DNA of 64,000 bases from an uncultured bacterium (GCA_963746775.1 CAVVCK010000001.1:211050-275049); one strand, 5' to 3'; shown: positions 31,097 through 44,068, counted from the first letter of the stretch. Made by a program: numbers and translations. Notes: generated from the sequence alone by a model not told the origin.

Positions 31097-31543
31097 TTAA
31101 TCAGTTAAATCCTTACCTAAAGCTTCTTCTAATCTTGCATCAAAATCTTTTTTTACGTCTTCTTTTTTCCTTTCAATTTTTACGTCTTGCACCTTATTCT
31201 TTTTAACCTTATCATCCTCTGTTACTTCTTTATTTTCTTCCTTTGGTTTTTCAACTTTTATCACTTCTTGCTTGATAATTAAAAATCTAATAATTTTTTC
31301 TTCTAATTTTAATTTGTTGTCAATCTTACCTATCATTACAGGCGCTAACTCAAAATTATATTGAACATAATAACCATCAAAAAACTTTTCTATCGGATAA
31401 GCTAACTCTTTCTTGCCCCAGACATTTTTCTCAAAATTATCTACTTTATTTTCAGATAAAATTTTATCTATTTTTCCAATTTCCTGTTCAACTTCCTGAT
31501 CATTAATTTTTGGAGAAAGAATACAAACTAGTTCATAATTCAT
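31097..31543 (-). CDS. rpsF: 30S ribosomal protein S6
   Basis: N-terminus MNYELVCILSPKINDQEVEQEIGKIDKIL.. typical of S6; rpsF-ssb-rpsR arrangement. Confidence 0.85.
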   Translation of the reverse strand: MNYELVCILSPKINDQEVEQEIGKIDKILSENKVDNFEKNVWGKKELAYPIEKFFDGYYVQYNFELAPVMIGKIDNKLKLEEKIIRFLIIKQEVIKVEKPKEENKEVTEDDKVKKNKVQDVKIERKKEDVKKDFDARLEEALGKDLTD

Positions 31544-31680
31544 TGATTTATCTTAATTTAAGTTATTTTATAAAGCATAGCTTAACATACTTTAAAAATT
31601 ATTGCAATATTGAAATAATTAGTAAGATAATATATATTAAATGCATTATCCTGCTACTTATTATTTTATAATTTAAAAAA

Positions 31681-32244
31681 ATGCTTACTATGAATGACTT
31701 AAAACCTAATCAAATGATAGAATTAGAGAGTCATCTCTACCAAGTTTTATCAAAAGATTTTATTAGAAATGCTCAAAGAAGACCGGTTATGTCAACTAAA
31801 CTAAAAGATTTAATTTCTGGTAAAATAGTCAAGCATACCTTCCAACAATCTGATGTTATTAAAGAGGTAGATCTTGAAAAAAACATAGCTCAATTTCTTT
31901 ATAAAGACGGAGAAAAATATTTCTTCATGGATAATACGACCTTTGAACAATTTTTCTTACCAAAAAAACTAATAGGCTCTAACGAAAAATTTTTAAAAGA
32001 AAATACAGAGGTCTCTGTCTTAAAATATGAAGAAACTTTTATAGGCATTAGCCTACCCGTCAAAATGAATTTTAAAGTAATTTCCGCTCCACCAGACACA
32101 AAAGGAAACTCAGCCCAATCAAGTGATAAGGAAATAGAGCTAGAAACTGGTTTCAAAATAAAAGCTCCGCTATTCATTAAAGAAGGCGATATAGTTAAAA
32201 TCAATACGGCCAAAGAAATTTATATTGAAAGAGTATCTAACTAA
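31681..32244 (+). CDS. efp: Elongation factor P
   Basis: 187 aa; KOW-like N-domain and two OB domains; 3' end overlaps recA stop by 4 bp (convergent). Confidence 0.85.
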   Translation: MLTMNDLKPNQMIELESHLYQVLSKDFIRNAQRRPVMSTKLKDLISGKIVKHTFQQSDVIKEVDLEKNIAQFLYKDGEKYFFMDNTTFEQFFLPKKLIGSNEKFLKENTEVSVLKYEETFIGISLPVKMNFKVISAPPDTKGNSAQSSDKEIELETGFKIKAPLFIKEGDIVKINTAKEIYIERVSN

Positions 32245-33266
32245 TTATTTTTTCTTTCCTTCATAACTTCTTCCCAAACTTTCTTTTCTATTTCAGAAGA
32301 TAATTTTGGATTTTCTCTTAAGTATTTTTTGGCTGTCTCTCTACCTTGACCTAATTTATGACTGCCAAACATGTACCAAGATCCTTTTTTATTGACAATT
32401 TTATATAAAACTCCGGTATCAATTAAATCTCCTTCTCGTGATATTCCCTCATTATACATAATATCAAATTCAGTAGTCTGAAAAGGAGGAGCAACTTTAT
32501 TCTTAACAACTTTAACTTTCACTCTATTGCCAATCACCTTATCACCCATTTTGATTTGAGCTGCTCTTCTTAGATCAATTCTAACAGATGAATAAAATTT
32601 TAGGGCCTTGCCGCCGGTAGTTTCTTCGGGATTTCCAAACATAATCCCTATTTTCATTCTAATCTGATTTAGAAAAATAACACAAGTCTTTAACTTATAT
32701 ATAGCCGCTGTTAACTTTCTTAGGGCTTGTGACATTAATCTCGCTTGCAAACCCATATGAGAATCACCCATATCACCTTCAATTTCAGCTCTGGGAGTAA
32801 GCGCTGCTACAGAGTCAATTACAACAACATCAATAGCATTAGAACGAACAAGCGTTTCTACAATCTCTAGGGCTTGCTCTCCTGTTTCTGGTTGCGAGAT
32901 AAGAAGATCATTAATATTAACCCCTATTTTTCTAGCATAGTCAGGATCCAGTGCGTGTTCAGCATCAACAAAAGCAGCCAATCCTCCTTTTTTTTGAACA
33001 TTAGCAATGATATGTTGGGTTAGAGTAGTTTTTCCCGAAGACTCAGGACCAAATATTTCAATTACTCTGCCTCTAGGTACACCACCAATACCTAAGGCAA
33101 TATCTAGCGATATCGAACCAGTTGGAATAGAATCTATTTGTTGAATTCTAACTTCTCCTAATTTCATAATTGAACCGTCGCCAAATCTATCTTTTATCTC
33201 ATCTATAGCATGTTGAGCTGCTTTAACTTTAGCATCTGAATTATCAGATTTAATTTTTTGTGACAT
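32241..33266 (-). CDS. recA: Recombinase RecA
   Basis: 341 aa; Walker [11 protein letters not shown]1/L2 loop regions, canonical RecA core. Confidence 0.95.
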   Translation of the reverse strand: MSQKIKSDNSDAKVKAAQHAIDEIKDRFGDGSIMKLGEVRIQQIDSIPTGSISLDIALGIGGVPRGRVIEIFGPESSGKTTLTQHIIANVQKKGGLAAFVDAEHALDPDYARKIGVNINDLLISQPETGEQALEIVETLVRSNAIDVVVIDSVAALTPRAEIEGDMGDSHMGLQARLMSQALRKLTAAIYKLKTCVIFLNQIRMKIGIMFGNPEETTGGKALKFYSSVRIDLRRAAQIKMGDKVIGNRVKVKVVKNKVAPPFQTTEFDIMYNEGISREGDLIDTGVLYKIVNKKGSWYMFGSHKLGQGRETAKKYLRENPKLSSEIEKKVWEEVMKERKNN

Positions 33267-33319
33267 TTTTTAATTGTTATTTATAAATTATCGGTTATTT
33301 AATACTATAATAGTTTATT

Positions 33320-34348
33320 TTAATTTTCAAGAACTAAATCTCTAGTAAAAGCCATTTCCCTAATAACTTCTCCAGTATTACCCAAAGCTCCTAAATCTTC
33401 GCCATTAAAATTTACATAAGTAGTATCAGCCTTTCCCGAAGATATGGTTATATTTTCTTTGGCTCTGAATTCTTGTTTCGAATCTGGCAACATAGTTCCA
33501 GAATAGGCTATTTTGTTATCTTCTTTTACGTAAATCCAGGTTGCCCTATCTTTTATGGAAACTGTCAAATAAATTTCTTTATTATTATTTTCTACATTAT
33601 TTTTAGAAGATTCTACTTGCTCATTTTCATTATTATCTTTTTTAGCTACTAATTCTTCCGGAGCATCATACATAATTTTTCTTTCTACAACATTTTCTTT
33701 TTCAAATCTATTAGTAGCCACAATTCTTAGAATGTTAACTCCCGACTGTAAACTAACAGTTTCTTTAAAATTTCCCTCTGAATCAACAAAAATTGGCTGA
33801 TCATTAATTGTCAGATCAGAATCTAAATCAGATTGACCAAAAACTGTAATAGTTTCATCGTTAACAGTTTTATCTTGATCTAAATTATAAACAACTAATT
33901 TTGGAGGGCGAGATAAGCCACTTACTTGATACCATAAATAAAAAACAATTCCAAACGTTACTAAAACAATAAAAAATATTTGAATCATACGCGGAGTTAC
34001 TACAATAGGAACCGAAGTAATAAATTTTTTTTTATCTTGTTTGAAATTAGTAATTTTATTTTCTATATTTCTTTCTTTATTATAAATTTTAAGAACTGAA
34101 GATAAGTTTATTTTTAAAAACTTAGCATAACTTTTTAAATAGCCATGAACATAAACATCTGCCGGTAGTTTATCGTACTTGCCTTTCTCCAAATAATATA
34201 AATATTCTCTTTGAATATTTATTTTTTTTGCTATATCTTCTAATGATAAAGAAGTCCTTCTTTTCCTGGCAGCTTCTAATTTCTCACCCAAAGACTGAGT
34301 AGATTTTACTTTTCTAATTTTAAAATTATTATTCATAAAACATCTCAA
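33320..34348 (-). CDS. RodZ-like cytoskeleton protein with XRE-family HTH
   Basis: N-terminal HTH (LGEKLEAARKRRTSLSLEDIAKKINIQREYLYYLEKGKYDKLPADVYVHGYLKSYAKFL), single TM, extracytoplasmic C-terminal domain. Confidence 0.6.
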   Translation of the reverse strand: MRCFMNNNFKIRKVKSTQSLGEKLEAARKRRTSLSLEDIAKKINIQREYLYYLEKGKYDKLPADVYVHGYLKSYAKFLKINLSSVLKIYNKERNIENKITNFKQDKKKFITSVPIVVTPRMIQIFFIVLVTFGIVFYLWYQVSGLSRPPKLVVYNLDQDKTVNDETITVFGQSDLDSDLTINDQPIFVDSEGNFKETVSLQSGVNILRIVATNRFEKENVVERKIMYDAPEELVAKKDNNENEQVESSKNNVENNNKEIYLTVSIKDRATWIYVKEDNKIAYSGTMLPDSKQEFRAKENITISSGKADTTYVNFNGEDLGALGNTGEVIREMAFTRDLVLEN

Positions 34349-34351
34349 AAT

Positions 34352-36655
34352 TTAATTAACTGAGTCAAAATTTTGTTCATTCTCATCTTTCGATTCCTTA
34401 TCTTGACTTTCCTGGTTAAAACTATCAGCTAGAATATCTCTCGGCTTAGCACCATCGGCCGGCCCAACTATACCTTGATCTTCTAATATATCTAGCAACC
34501 TGGCAGCTCTAGCATAACCTATTCTGAGACGCCTTTGTAAATATGAAGCTGAAGCTTTACCTGCTTGTATTACTATCATTTTAGCATCATCGTAAAGATC
34601 GTCTTCTATATCATCACTAGATAATCCATTAACTAAAGATGATTTTTTTTCTAGAATTTCTTCCCTATATTCAGGCTCTCCTTGCTCTTTAATCCAACCA
34701 GTAACATTTCTAATTTCTTTCTCTGAAACATAAACACCTTGTATTCTTCTAGGCTTGCCAATTTCAGAATCTATATACAACATATCACCATTGCCTAATA
34801 ATTTTTCAGCACCCGACATATCTAGGATTGTTCTTGAATCTATTTGAGAAGCTACAGCAAAAGCAATACGAGAAATAATATTAGCCTTAATTAACCCAGT
34901 AATTACATTAACCGAGGGCCGCTGGGTTGCCAAAATCAAATGTATGCCGGAAGCTCTAGACATCTGGGCTAATCTTACAATACAAGCTTCAACTTCGTTA
35001 GAAGCTACTGCCATCAAATCAGCTAATTCATCAATAATTAAAACTAAATAAGGTAACTTTTTGTCTTTTAATTTATGATTATATGAAGCGATATCTCGAC
35101 TACCTCTCTCGGAAAATAATTTTAATCTTCGCTCCATTTCAGCTACTAGCCATTTTAGCGAATTAACAATTTTATCTACTTCAGTAACAACTGGTGTTAG
35201 TAAATGAGGTATACCATTATAGCTAGTCATTTCCACTTTTTTAGGATCAACTAAAATAAATCTTAAATTATCCGGAGAATTTTGATATAAAAAGGATAAT
35301 ATAATTGAATTTAAGCAAATAGATTTTCCAGAACCGGTAGCCCCAGATATTAATAAATGAGGCATTTTAAGCAAGTCTGAAATAATTACTCTACCAGAAA
35401 CATCTCGCCCCAAAGGCATAGTTAAAGAAGATTTTCTATTGGTAAATTCATCACTTTCTAACATTTCTTTGAAACGTACAATGGCTACATTTTGATTAGG
35501 GACTTCAATGCCTACCAAAGACTTGCCAGGGATAGGTGCTTCTATTCTGATTGGATGTGAAGCCAGCGCTAAGGCCAAATCATTCTGCAGAGCAATTATT
35601 TTACTAAGCTTAACTCCCTCCGCCGGCCTTAGAGTATATTGAGTAACAGTCGGTCCAACATTAACCCCTTCCATAGAGACATCTAAGCCAAAATTTTCAA
35701 AGGTATTTTTTATGACATCAACATTTTCATTAATATTTCCACTGGTTGGCAGAGAGGTTTGTTTATCTAATAAATCTGCTGAATAGGGCTTCCAATTACT
35801 TGTTTTTGTCATTTCTTCAGTATTAACATCTTCACTTTCATCAGTTAATTTTTTAGTTTTTAAATCAATATTTGGCTCCCTTTTGTTTTTTAAAGTAAAT
35901 TCATCAATATTTTGGTCAGAATCACTATTTGTATTAGTAGTACTATTATTAAAAGAAAGTCCTGTAATTTCTAATTTTTTATCTAAAAGCATTTTTGATT
36001 TAACTTTGCCTAATAAAAGGATAATATTATCTTTTATTAATAAAATACTCTTCCAGATATCCGAAAAGGATAAATTAAATATTAAAATTAAACTTATTGT
36101 AAATAGGGTTAAAAACAAAAATAAAGTAGCCCAGAATCCCATTAATGCCTGAAATGGATAAGTAAAGCCTAACCCTAAATATCCTCCTCCTCTGCCCTCA
36201 CTAGCCGCCAAATGAGCCTGTTCGGATGAATAAAGTAAGTGTAATAAAGAAGAAAGGCTAATTACAAATAAAAACAAGCCAACTAATCTTGTCCAACGAT
36301 TACTATATTTGTAACTTCTTTTTGGTTGTTCTTCATTCTCCTCTTCATTATTATCATCCTCATCTTTCACTTTTTTAGGTTTTTTTTCTCTTCCTTCTCT
36401 GAATAAAAAAAGACAGATACCCAGAGATATAAGTGGCATAATATAGGCTTGATATCCTAATCCATACCTTAAGTATTCTTTCAAAAAATCTCCTAGCCTA
36501 CCAGCAATATTTATCATTGAAAGAAATAGTATGCAAGATAAACCAAAAAAAAGAACAATCAAAATATCTTTTTTTTGTTTTTGATTAAGTTTAAAAAATG
36601 ATTTTCTCCTTCTTCGACTATAATTTGAACTATTATTCCTTTTTCTTTTAGCCAT
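34352..36655 (-). CDS. ftsK: DNA translocase FtsK/SpoIIIE
   Basis: 767 aa; N-terminal TM segments, motor domain with Walker A GATGSGKS and C-terminal gamma (winged-helix) domain. Confidence 0.9.
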   Translation of the reverse strand: MAKRKRNNSSNYSRRRRKSFFKLNQKQKKDILIVLFFGLSCILFLSMINIAGRLGDFLKEYLRYGLGYQAYIMPLISLGICLFLFREGREKKPKKVKDEDDNNEEENEEQPKRSYKYSNRWTRLVGLFLFVISLSSLLHLLYSSEQAHLAASEGRGGGYLGLGFTYPFQALMGFWATLFLFLTLFTISLILIFNLSFSDIWKSILLIKDNIILLLGKVKSKMLLDKKLEITGLSFNNSTTNTNSDSDQNIDEFTLKNKREPNIDLKTKKLTDESEDVNTEEMTKTSNWKPYSADLLDKQTSLPTSGNINENVDVIKNTFENFGLDVSMEGVNVGPTVTQYTLRPAEGVKLSKIIALQNDLALALASHPIRIEAPIPGKSLVGIEVPNQNVAIVRFKEMLESDEFTNRKSSLTMPLGRDVSGRVIISDLLKMPHLLISGATGSGKSICLNSIILSFLYQNSPDNLRFILVDPKKVEMTSYNGIPHLLTPVVTEVDKIVNSLKWLVAEMERRLKLFSERGSRDIASYNHKLKDKKLPYLVLIIDELADLMAVASNEVEACIVRLAQMSRASGIHLILATQRPSVNVITGLIKANIISRIAFAVASQIDSRTILDMSGAEKLLGNGDMLYIDSEIGKPRRIQGVYVSEKEIRNVTGWIKEQGEPEYREEILEKKSSLVNGLSSDDIEDDLYDDAKMIVIQAGKASASYLQRRLRIGYARAARLLDILEDQGIVGPADGAKPRDILADSFNQESQDKESKDENEQNFDSVN

Positions 36656-36796
36656 AATTAAAAATTACCTCTCTTTTCATTAATTTTATACTTAAAAGAC
36701 CTGATAGTCAACTTTTGTAAATTTTAATAAGTGCTGTTTTTGTTTATAAATTTGGTTACAATTTTTATAAAAAAATCTCTATCTTATTACCTAAAC

Positions 36797-36829
36797 AAAA
36801 ATCCCCTCTTAAACTAGAGGGGATTTTTA
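36797..36829 (-). terminator. Rho-independent terminator AAAAATCCCCTCT-N7-AGAGGGGATTTTT downstream of rpoC
   Basis: Seen in sequence; T-run on minus strand follows hairpin. Confidence 0.6.
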
Positions 36830-36847
36830 AATCAAATATTGAATCAA

Positions 36848-39800
36848 TTACTTTCTAAAACCAGTTCCGGCTGGAATTAATTTACCAATAATAACATTTT
36901 CTTTGAGTCCTTTTAGTTCATCTTGCTTACCAGTAATAGCTGCATCAATTAATATTTTTGCAGTTTCTTGGAAAGAAGCAGCAGATAAGAAACTCTCTGT
37001 AGCTAATGATGCCTTAGTTATACCAAGTAAAACTTCTACACCTTCTGGCGGAATTTTTCCAGCTTCTGTTAATTCTTCTTTAGATTTCCTAAATTTAATT
37101 CTATCAATAACATCTCCAGATAAAAAATTACTATCACCTGCTTTAACAATTCTTACCCAAGAAAGCATTCTTCTAATAATTAGCTCTACGTGTTTGTCAT
37201 TCAAATCTTGACCCTGGCTTGAATAAATATATTGAACCTCTTTTAAAATATATTTTTGAACAGCAGATCTGCCACCTAACTGAAAGAGTTTTTGTATATC
37301 AACCCTTCCTTCGGTCATTTGCTGACCACTAATTACTTCGTCTCCTGACTTAACCCATAATATTGCCTGAGCAGAAAGAACATACTTTTTCTCAATAACT
37401 CCATCATACTTAACTACTAATTCATCTTTATTTAATTTTACTCTACCGTCAGTTTTAGCTTTTATTTTCTCTCTTCCTTTAACTAATAAAATTTTCCCTT
37501 CAGTTACTTTTTCATTATCTTTAATTTTTATTTTATCATTTTTCTCTATTTGCACTATGTCATCTTTAACTCTAGAAGATACTATTCTAACTATTTTATT
37601 GCCTTTATCATCCTCAATATGCACTTTCCCGCTTATTTCAGCAATTAAAGCTGGCTCTTTTATTCCCCTAGCTTCAAATAACTCCTCAACTCTGGGTAAA
37701 CCTTGAGTAATATCACCCTCGCCTGCTACACCACCAGTGTGAAAAGTACGCATAGTAAGCTGTGTTCCAGGTTCACCAATAGACTGAGCCGCTATAATAC
37801 CTACTGCTTGTCCCAAATCTACTACTTTATTTCGACCCAAATCCCAGCCATAACATTTCTTGCAAATACCAGATGCTAATTTACAATTCATTACTGATCT
37901 TACTTTTACAGAATCGATTCTTTTTTCATCTATCTTGATTGTAGTTTCTTTATTAATCATTTCCCCTCTTTTTATAATAACTTCTCCCTTATCATCAACA
38001 ACATCAGCCGCTGCATATCTTCCTAAGATACGTTCAGACATTTTTTCATTCATCTCTTCATCATCTGCTCTGGATATCTCTGCTCCTTCTAAATCGCCAC
38101 AATCTTCTTCGTGAATAATCATGTCCTGAGCTACATCAATCAAACGACGAGTAAGATATCCAGCATTAGCAGTACGAAGAGCTGTATCAGTTAAACCTTT
38201 TCTGGCACCATGAGTAGAAATAAAATATTCTAATACACCTAATCCTTCTTTAAAACTATTTTTAACCGGTAGCTCAATAGTCTTTCCAGATGGTGCAGCC
38301 ATCAATCCTCTCATACCGCACATCTGAACAATCTGAGGCCAAGAACCTCTTGCTCCAGATTCAACCATATAATGTACTGAACCATAGTTATCCAGTGTAT
38401 CTGTAACATGATCTGAAATATCATTTTTAACTTTAGCCCAAGTTTCAATAATCTTGATATATCTTTCCTCATCTGTTAAAAGACCAGCCTTGAACTGTTG
38501 CCTTAATTTTTCAACTTCCTTACTAGCAATATCTATAAGACTTTTCTTTTCATCAGGTATTACTAAATCATCCATTCCCCAAGATAATCCAGCATAAGAA
38601 AGATATTTAAAACCAATTTTCTTAATATTATCAACCAACCTAACAACAATCTCTTTATCAAACTTAAAGATCATTTCACTAATCAATTTGGATAATGTTT
38701 TTTTATCTAAAAGTTTATTTAAAAAAGGATATTCTTTCGGTAAAATTTTATTAAAAATAACCCGACCTACACACGTTTCAATATATTCATCATTAATATT
38801 AACTTTAACTTTAGCCCTAACATCCACAAATCCATTCTCATAAGCCATAATAGCCTCATCAGCATTACTAAAACATTTTCCTTCTCCGCAAACTCCCGTT
38901 TTTATATTAGTAATATAATAGCAACCAAGAACTATATCTTGAGAAGGAGTGGTAACAGGAGCACCAGTGGCTGGCTTTAAAAGATTTTGGACAGAAGCCA
39001 TAATATTCTTTGCTTCTTCTTGCCCTTGCGGAGTTAGAGGAAGATGAACAGCCATTTGATCACCATCAAAATCAGCGTTGAAAGCACTACAAACCATTGG
39101 ATGAATCATTATTGCCTTGCCTTCAATTAACCTCGGACGAAAAGCTTGAATTCCAAGTCTATGTAGAGTAGGAGCACGATTTAATAAGACATATTTATTC
39201 TGAATAACTTCTTCTAATATATCCCATACTTCGTCTTTACCTTCTTCTATTAATTTTGAAGCAGATCTTACATTGTGAGCCGAACCAGATTGTATTAATT
39301 TATTAATAACAAAAGGTTTAAATAGCTCTAGCGCCATAATTTTTGGAATTCCACATTCTGATAGATCTAAGTCTGGACCAATTACAATAACTGAACGTCC
39401 AGAATAATCTACTCTCTTACCTAAAAGATTCTGTCTAAATCTACCTTGTTTACCCTTTAACATATCCGCTAGGGATTTTAGTGGCCTCTTCTGAGCTGTA
39501 GAGGTAATTTCTTTTCCAGATCTTGAAGTGTTATCAATTAAAGCATCAACCGCTTCTTGTAACATTCTCTTTTCGTTACGACAAATAACTTCAGGAGCAT
39601 TAAGTTCTATTAATCTCTTTAGACGATTATTTCTATTAATTACTCTTCTATATAAATCATTCAAATCTGAAGCAGCAAATCTTCCACCATCAAGCTGAAC
39701 CATTGGTCTCAAGTCTGGCGGAAGAACCGGAATAACGGTCAAAATTGTCCATTCTGGCCGAACACCCGCTCTAATCATATTACGAACAAGGTTGAGTCTT

Positions 39801-40627
39801 TTTTTAATTTTTTTCTTTTCTTGGGAATATGTATTTCTGGCTTTTTCTTCTAAAAATTTAGCTAATTTTTCTAAATCGATTTCTTTTAAAACTTTATAAA
39901 TAGCTTCCGCTCCAATACTAGCCTGAAAAACATGACCATACTTCAGAGACAAATCTCTAAAAAGAATTTCTGAGATAATGGCTAATTTCTCAATCCCTTC
40001 TAAATTTTTCTTTTCTTCATTAAAAGATTTTTCTAGCCTTTCAACTTTAGCAATTTTTTCTTCGCTCAGAGTAACTATTTTATCATCAATCTTATTGCCC
40101 CCTTCGGTTTTTAACTTATTAATTTTATCATTATATTCTTTATCAATGATTTTCTTTTTAGATTTTAATTCTTCTTTTATTTCATTTAAAGCTTTTTCTT
40201 TGGCATCATAATCTACTTGCGTAATTATATAACTACCAAAATAAATAATTTTCTCTAAATTCTTAACTGATAGATCTAATAATAAACCAATTTTAGAAGG
40301 TACTCCTCTTAGAAACCAGATGTGACTAACTGGCGCTGCTAATTTTATATGGCCCATTCTCTCTCTTCTAACAATAGCACGGGTAACTTCAACTCCACAT
40401 TTATCACACACTATTCCTTTATAACGTATTCTTTTATATTTACCGCAATAACATTCCCAATCCTTAGTGGGACCAAAAATTCTTTCAGAAAAAAGTCCGT
40501 CTTTTTCTGGCCGTTGAGTTCTGTAGTTTATTGTTTCAGGCTTTTTTACCTCACCGTGAGACCACGATAAAATAACTTCTGGTGAAGCAAGTTTTAATTT
40601 TAAAGCTTTAAAATCTGTTGGATACAT
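36848..40627 (-). CDS. rpoC: DNA-directed RNA polymerase subunit beta'
   Basis: 1259 aa; zinc-binding CxxC..CxxC N-terminus, NADFDGD catalytic motif, trigger loop and bridge helix regions. Confidence 0.95.
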   Translation of the reverse strand: MYPTDFKALKLKLASPEVILSWSHGEVKKPETINYRTQRPEKDGLFSERIFGPTKDWECYCGKYKRIRYKGIVCDKCGVEVTRAIVRRERMGHIKLAAPVSHIWFLRGVPSKIGLLLDLSVKNLEKIIYFGSYIITQVDYDAKEKALNEIKEELKSKKKIIDKEYNDKINKLKTEGGNKIDDKIVTLSEEKIAKVERLEKSFNEEKKNLEGIEKLAIISEILFRDLSLKYGHVFQASIGAEAIYKVLKEIDLEKLAKFLEEKARNTYSQEKKKIKKRLNLVRNMIRAGVRPEWTILTVIPVLPPDLRPMVQLDGGRFAASDLNDLYRRVINRNNRLKRLIELNAPEVICRNEKRMLQEAVDALIDNTSRSGKEITSTAQKRPLKSLADMLKGKQGRFRQNLLGKRVDYSGRSVIVIGPDLDLSECGIPKIMALELFKPFVINKLIQSGSAHNVRSASKLIEEGKDEVWDILEEVIQNKYVLLNRAPTLHRLGIQAFRPRLIEGKAIMIHPMVCSAFNADFDGDQMAVHLPLTPQGQEEAKNIMASVQNLLKPATGAPVTTPSQDIVLGCYYITNIKTGVCGEGKCFSNADEAIMAYENGFVDVRAKVKVNINDEYIETCVGRVIFNKILPKEYPFLNKLLDKKTLSKLISEMIFKFDKEIVVRLVDNIKKIGFKYLSYAGLSWGMDDLVIPDEKKSLIDIASKEVEKLRQQFKAGLLTDEERYIKIIETWAKVKNDISDHVTDTLDNYGSVHYMVESGARGSWPQIVQMCGMRGLMAAPSGKTIELPVKNSFKEGLGVLEYFISTHGARKGLTDTALRTANAGYLTRRLIDVAQDMIIHEEDCGDLEGAEISRADDEEMNEKMSERILGRYAAADVVDDKGEVIIKRGEMINKETTIKIDEKRIDSVKVRSVMNCKLASGICKKCYGWDLGRNKVVDLGQAVGIIAAQSIGEPGTQLTMRTFHTGGVAGEGDITQGLPRVEELFEARGIKEPALIAEISGKVHIEDDKGNKIVRIVSSRVKDDIVQIEKNDKIKIKDNEKVTEGKILLVKGREKIKAKTDGRVKLNKDELVVKYDGVIEKKYVLSAQAILWVKSGDEVISGQQMTEGRVDIQKLFQLGGRSAVQKYILKEVQYIYSSQGQDLNDKHVELIIRRMLSWVRIVKAGDSNFLSGDVIDRIKFRKSKEELTEAGKIPPEGVEVLLGITKASLATESFLSAASFQETAKILIDAAITGKQDELKGLKENVIIGKLIPAGTGFRK

Positions 40628-40687
40628 AATATATAAATTAATTTTTATTAATTTAATTAGGAAACAGCTATGAAAAATAATTAATTT

Positions 40688-43600
40688 TTATTTTTCTTCA
40701 ACTAGATTTTCATTTTTATCTTTCTCTTCAACTTCTTTAATCACTTTTTGACCTACCATTTCTACATCTAGGGCTAAACTCTTTAATTCTTTAATCAAAA
40801 CTCCAAAAGATTCTGGAATATTTGGCGGTTTTATAGTTTCACCTTTAATTATTGATTCATAGGTTTTAGATCGGCCTAATACATCATCAGATTTAATTGT
40901 TAATACTTCCTGTAAAATATGTGCTGCACCATAAGCTTCCAGAGCCCAAACTTCCATTTCTCCGAATCTCTGACCACCAAACTGCGCTTTACCACCAAGA
41001 GGCTGTTGAGTAACTAGAGAATATGGACCAATTGATCTTTGATGAATTTTTTCTTCTACTAAGTGATGTAGCTTTAAAATATACATAACACCAACTGTTG
41101 TTTTTTCAGTAAATTTTTCTCCAGTCCTACCATCTTGCAATTGTACTTTGCCATCTTCAGGAAAACCCGCTTTTACTAATTCTTCTTTAATTTGTTCTTC
41201 TGACACACCTTCAAAAACAGGGGTAGCTACTTTATAACCTAATTTTTTAGCAGCCCACCCAAGATGAGTCTCCAATATCTGACCAAGATTCATACGAGAG
41301 GCTACACCTAAAGGATTTAAAATAACATCAACTGGAGTTCCATCTAATAAATGAGGCATATCCTCTACTGGAACTACCTTTGAAATAACACCTTTGTTAC
41401 CATGACGACCAGCCATTTTATCTCCTACCTGAACTCTTCTAGATTGAGCTATGGATATTTGAAGTGTTTTTATTACCCCAGCTGAAAGCTTATCACCATT
41501 TTTACGTGAAAATTCTTTAATATCTACTACTTTCCCTCTTTCCCCATGTTCGAGATATAGTGATGTATCCCTAACATCACGAGCTTTTTCTCCGAATATT
41601 GCTCTGAGCAATCTCTCTTCAGCTGTTAATTCAGTTTCGCCTTTGGGAGTAATTTTACCTACTAAAATATCTCCCGAGGAAACTTCTGCTCCGACACGAA
41701 TAATTCCTTCCTCATCTAAATCTTTTAATTTTTCTTCTCCAACGTTAGGAATATCACGAGTCACAACTTCTGGCCCAAGCTTTGTATCTCGGACATCAAC
41801 AGAAAAATCTGAGATATGAATAGAAGTATAATAGTCTCCCTGAACAATTTTTTCAGAAATTAATATAGCATCTTCGAAATTACCTCCACCCCAAGACATA
41901 AAAGCAACTACCATATTTTGTCCTAAAGCTAATTCTCCATGATCTGTCATGCCATCAGCTATAACCTGATCTTTTTTAATAATATCATCTACATCGACTA
42001 GAGGACGTTGATTTATACAAGTTGAAGTATTAGAACGATTAAAATTATGTAATTGGTATTCTTTAACATTACCACTATCTTCCAATATTTTTATATGACT
42101 AGCATCAACTTCCAACACTTTTCCAGAGGCATGAGAAATAACTAAAGCTCCAGAATCATAAGCAGCCTTTTCTTCTATACCAGTACCTACAATTGGAGAA
42201 TCAGGATTTACGCATACTACTGCCTGCCTCTGCATATTTGTACCCATCAAGGCTCTGTTAGCATCATCATGTTCTAAGAAAGGAATTAAGGCTGTAGCTA
42301 CTGAAACAATTTGTTTTGGAGAAACATCTACATATTCTATTTTACCTGTAGCCTCAATAGCCGGTTCTCCTTTAATTCTGACTTCAGCTCTGCTGTTAAT
42401 AAAATAGCCATTTCCATCAATAGGAGTAGTAGCTGGCGCGGTTACTTTATTTTCTTCAGTTGGAGCATCTAAATATTCTATATCATCAGTTACTCTAGAT
42501 CTTAATTGAATAGCGTCTATATCTAATCTCTTTATAATTTTAACATCTTGAGCAGTTAATTTGGTATCACCTTTAATTACGGTCTTACCTGACTTTGGAT
42601 CAATTACTCCTTTTTTATAAATAATTTCTCCCTCTGCTTTATCAAAATCCTTTTTCTTAATTTCTCTTAACACTTTTCTATAAGGAGTTTCAATAAAACC
42701 ATATTTATTTAATTTGGCATAGCTGGCTAAATGGTTTACTAATCCGATATTTGGACCCTCAGGAGTTGCAATTGGACATATTCTGCCATAATGAGTTCGG
42801 TGCACATCACGAACATCAAAACCAGCCCTCTCACGAGATAGACCTCCAGGACCCATAGCTGATAATCTTCTCTTGTGCTCAAGCTCAGACATTGGATTAG
42901 TCTGATCCATGAATTGCGACAACTGAGAAGTCATAAAAAATTCTCTAATAGAAGCAATTATTGGTCTAGCGTTTACAATTTGAGCTGGAGTAATTGTATT
43001 AATATCTATAGTACTCATTCTATCTTTCACAATTCTAGCCATACGTGCTAGCCCAATTCTCATTTTATTTTGTACTAACTCTCCAACTGCTCTAATCCTT
43101 CTGTTGCCCAAGTGATCAATATCGTCTGGTTCACCTTGAGTAATATTAAGTCGAATAACTTCTTTTAAAATAGCTACTAAATCTTCCTTTTTAAAAATTC
43201 TATTTTTTTCATTTATAACAATATCTTGTTCAAGTCTCTGGTTCATTCTAAATCGTCCCACTTCACCCAAATCATAACGATCCAAATTAAAAAACATTCC
43301 TTGTACTAATGATTTAGCATTGTCAGCTGTTGCTAAATCGCCTGGTCTAATTCTCCTATATATTTCAATAAATCCTTCGTCTGAATTATGGGCCACATCT
43401 TTCCCAATAGTTGTTTTAATATATTTTCTATTAGGATCAGTATCTATATCTTTAAAAATTTGTAAAATTTCTTTATCAGTTCCATAACCAAAAGCACGCA
43501 ATAGTGAAGTTGCGGGAACTTTTCTCTTTCTATCTATTTTTACATATATTACTCCATTAGAATCAGTTTCAAATTCAAGCCAAGCACCACGATTTGGAAT

Positions 43601-44068
43601 CACTTTTGCCCCAAAATGTTTTTCTCCTTTGGAAATATTGGAAGTAAAAAATACTCCTGGAGATCTTATAATCTGACTCACCACTACTCTCTCTACTCCA
43701 TTAATAATAAATGTTCCTCTCTCTGTCATTAAAGGAAATTCACCCAAATATACTTCCTGCTCTTTGATTTCTCCTGTTTGTTTATTGGTAAGCTGTACTT
43801 TCACGCGCAAGGCTGCTTCAAAAGTTGCATTTCTTGATTTGGCTTCTACTTCATCGTACTTTGGATCATCGAAAGAATAATCTAAAAAATTAAGTTCTAA
43901 GGCTTTTTCAGTAAAATCTAAAATTGGCGATATCTCTGAAAATAGCTCTTTTAATCCTTCTTTCAAAAACCAGTCATAAGAATTAAGTTGAACCTCAATT
44001 AAATTAGGTAGATCAAAGATTTTTTGATTACTTTGATTTAAATACTTACGTTTTGTTTCTTGAAGCAT
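40688..44068 (-). CDS. rpoB: DNA-directed RNA polymerase subunit beta
   Basis: 1126 aa; canonical beta-subunit conserved regions; directly upstream of rpoC. Confidence 0.95.
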   Translation of the reverse strand: MLQETKRKYLNQSNQKIFDLPNLIEVQLNSYDWFLKEGLKELFSEISPILDFTEKALELNFLDYSFDDPKYDEVEAKSRNATFEAALRVKVQLTNKQTGEIKEQEVYLGEFPLMTERGTFIINGVERVVVSQIIRSPGVFFTSNISKGEKHFGAKVIPNRGAWLEFETDSNGVIYVKIDRKRKVPATSLLRAFGYGTDKEILQIFKDIDTDPNRKYIKTTIGKDVAHNSDEGFIEIYRRIRPGDLATADNAKSLVQGMFFNLDRYDLGEVGRFRMNQRLEQDIVINEKNRIFKKEDLVAILKEVIRLNITQGEPDDIDHLGNRRIRAVGELVQNKMRIGLARMARIVKDRMSTIDINTITPAQIVNARPIIASIREFFMTSQLSQFMDQTNPMSELEHKRRLSAMGPGGLSRERAGFDVRDVHRTHYGRICPIATPEGPNIGLVNHLASYAKLNKYGFIETPYRKVLREIKKKDFDKAEGEIIYKKGVIDPKSGKTVIKGDTKLTAQDVKIIKRLDIDAIQLRSRVTDDIEYLDAPTEENKVTAPATTPIDGNGYFINSRAEVRIKGEPAIEATGKIEYVDVSPKQIVSVATALIPFLEHDDANRALMGTNMQRQAVVCVNPDSPIVGTGIEEKAAYDSGALVISHASGKVLEVDASHIKILEDSGNVKEYQLHNFNRSNTSTCINQRPLVDVDDIIKKDQVIADGMTDHGELALGQNMVVAFMSWGGGNFEDAILISEKIVQGDYYTSIHISDFSVDVRDTKLGPEVVTRDIPNVGEEKLKDLDEEGIIRVGAEVSSGDILVGKITPKGETELTAEERLLRAIFGEKARDVRDTSLYLEHGERGKVVDIKEFSRKNGDKLSAGVIKTLQISIAQSRRVQVGDKMAGRHGNKGVISKVVPVEDMPHLLDGTPVDVILNPLGVASRMNLGQILETHLGWAAKKLGYKVATPVFEGVSEEQIKEELVKAGFPEDGKVQLQDGRTGEKFTEKTTVGVMYILKLHHLVEEKIHQRSIGPYSLVTQQPLGGKAQFGGQRFGEMEVWALEAYGAAHILQEVLTIKSDDVLGRSKTYESIIKGETIKPPNIPESFGVLIKELKSLALDVEMVGQKVIKEVEEKDKNENLVEEK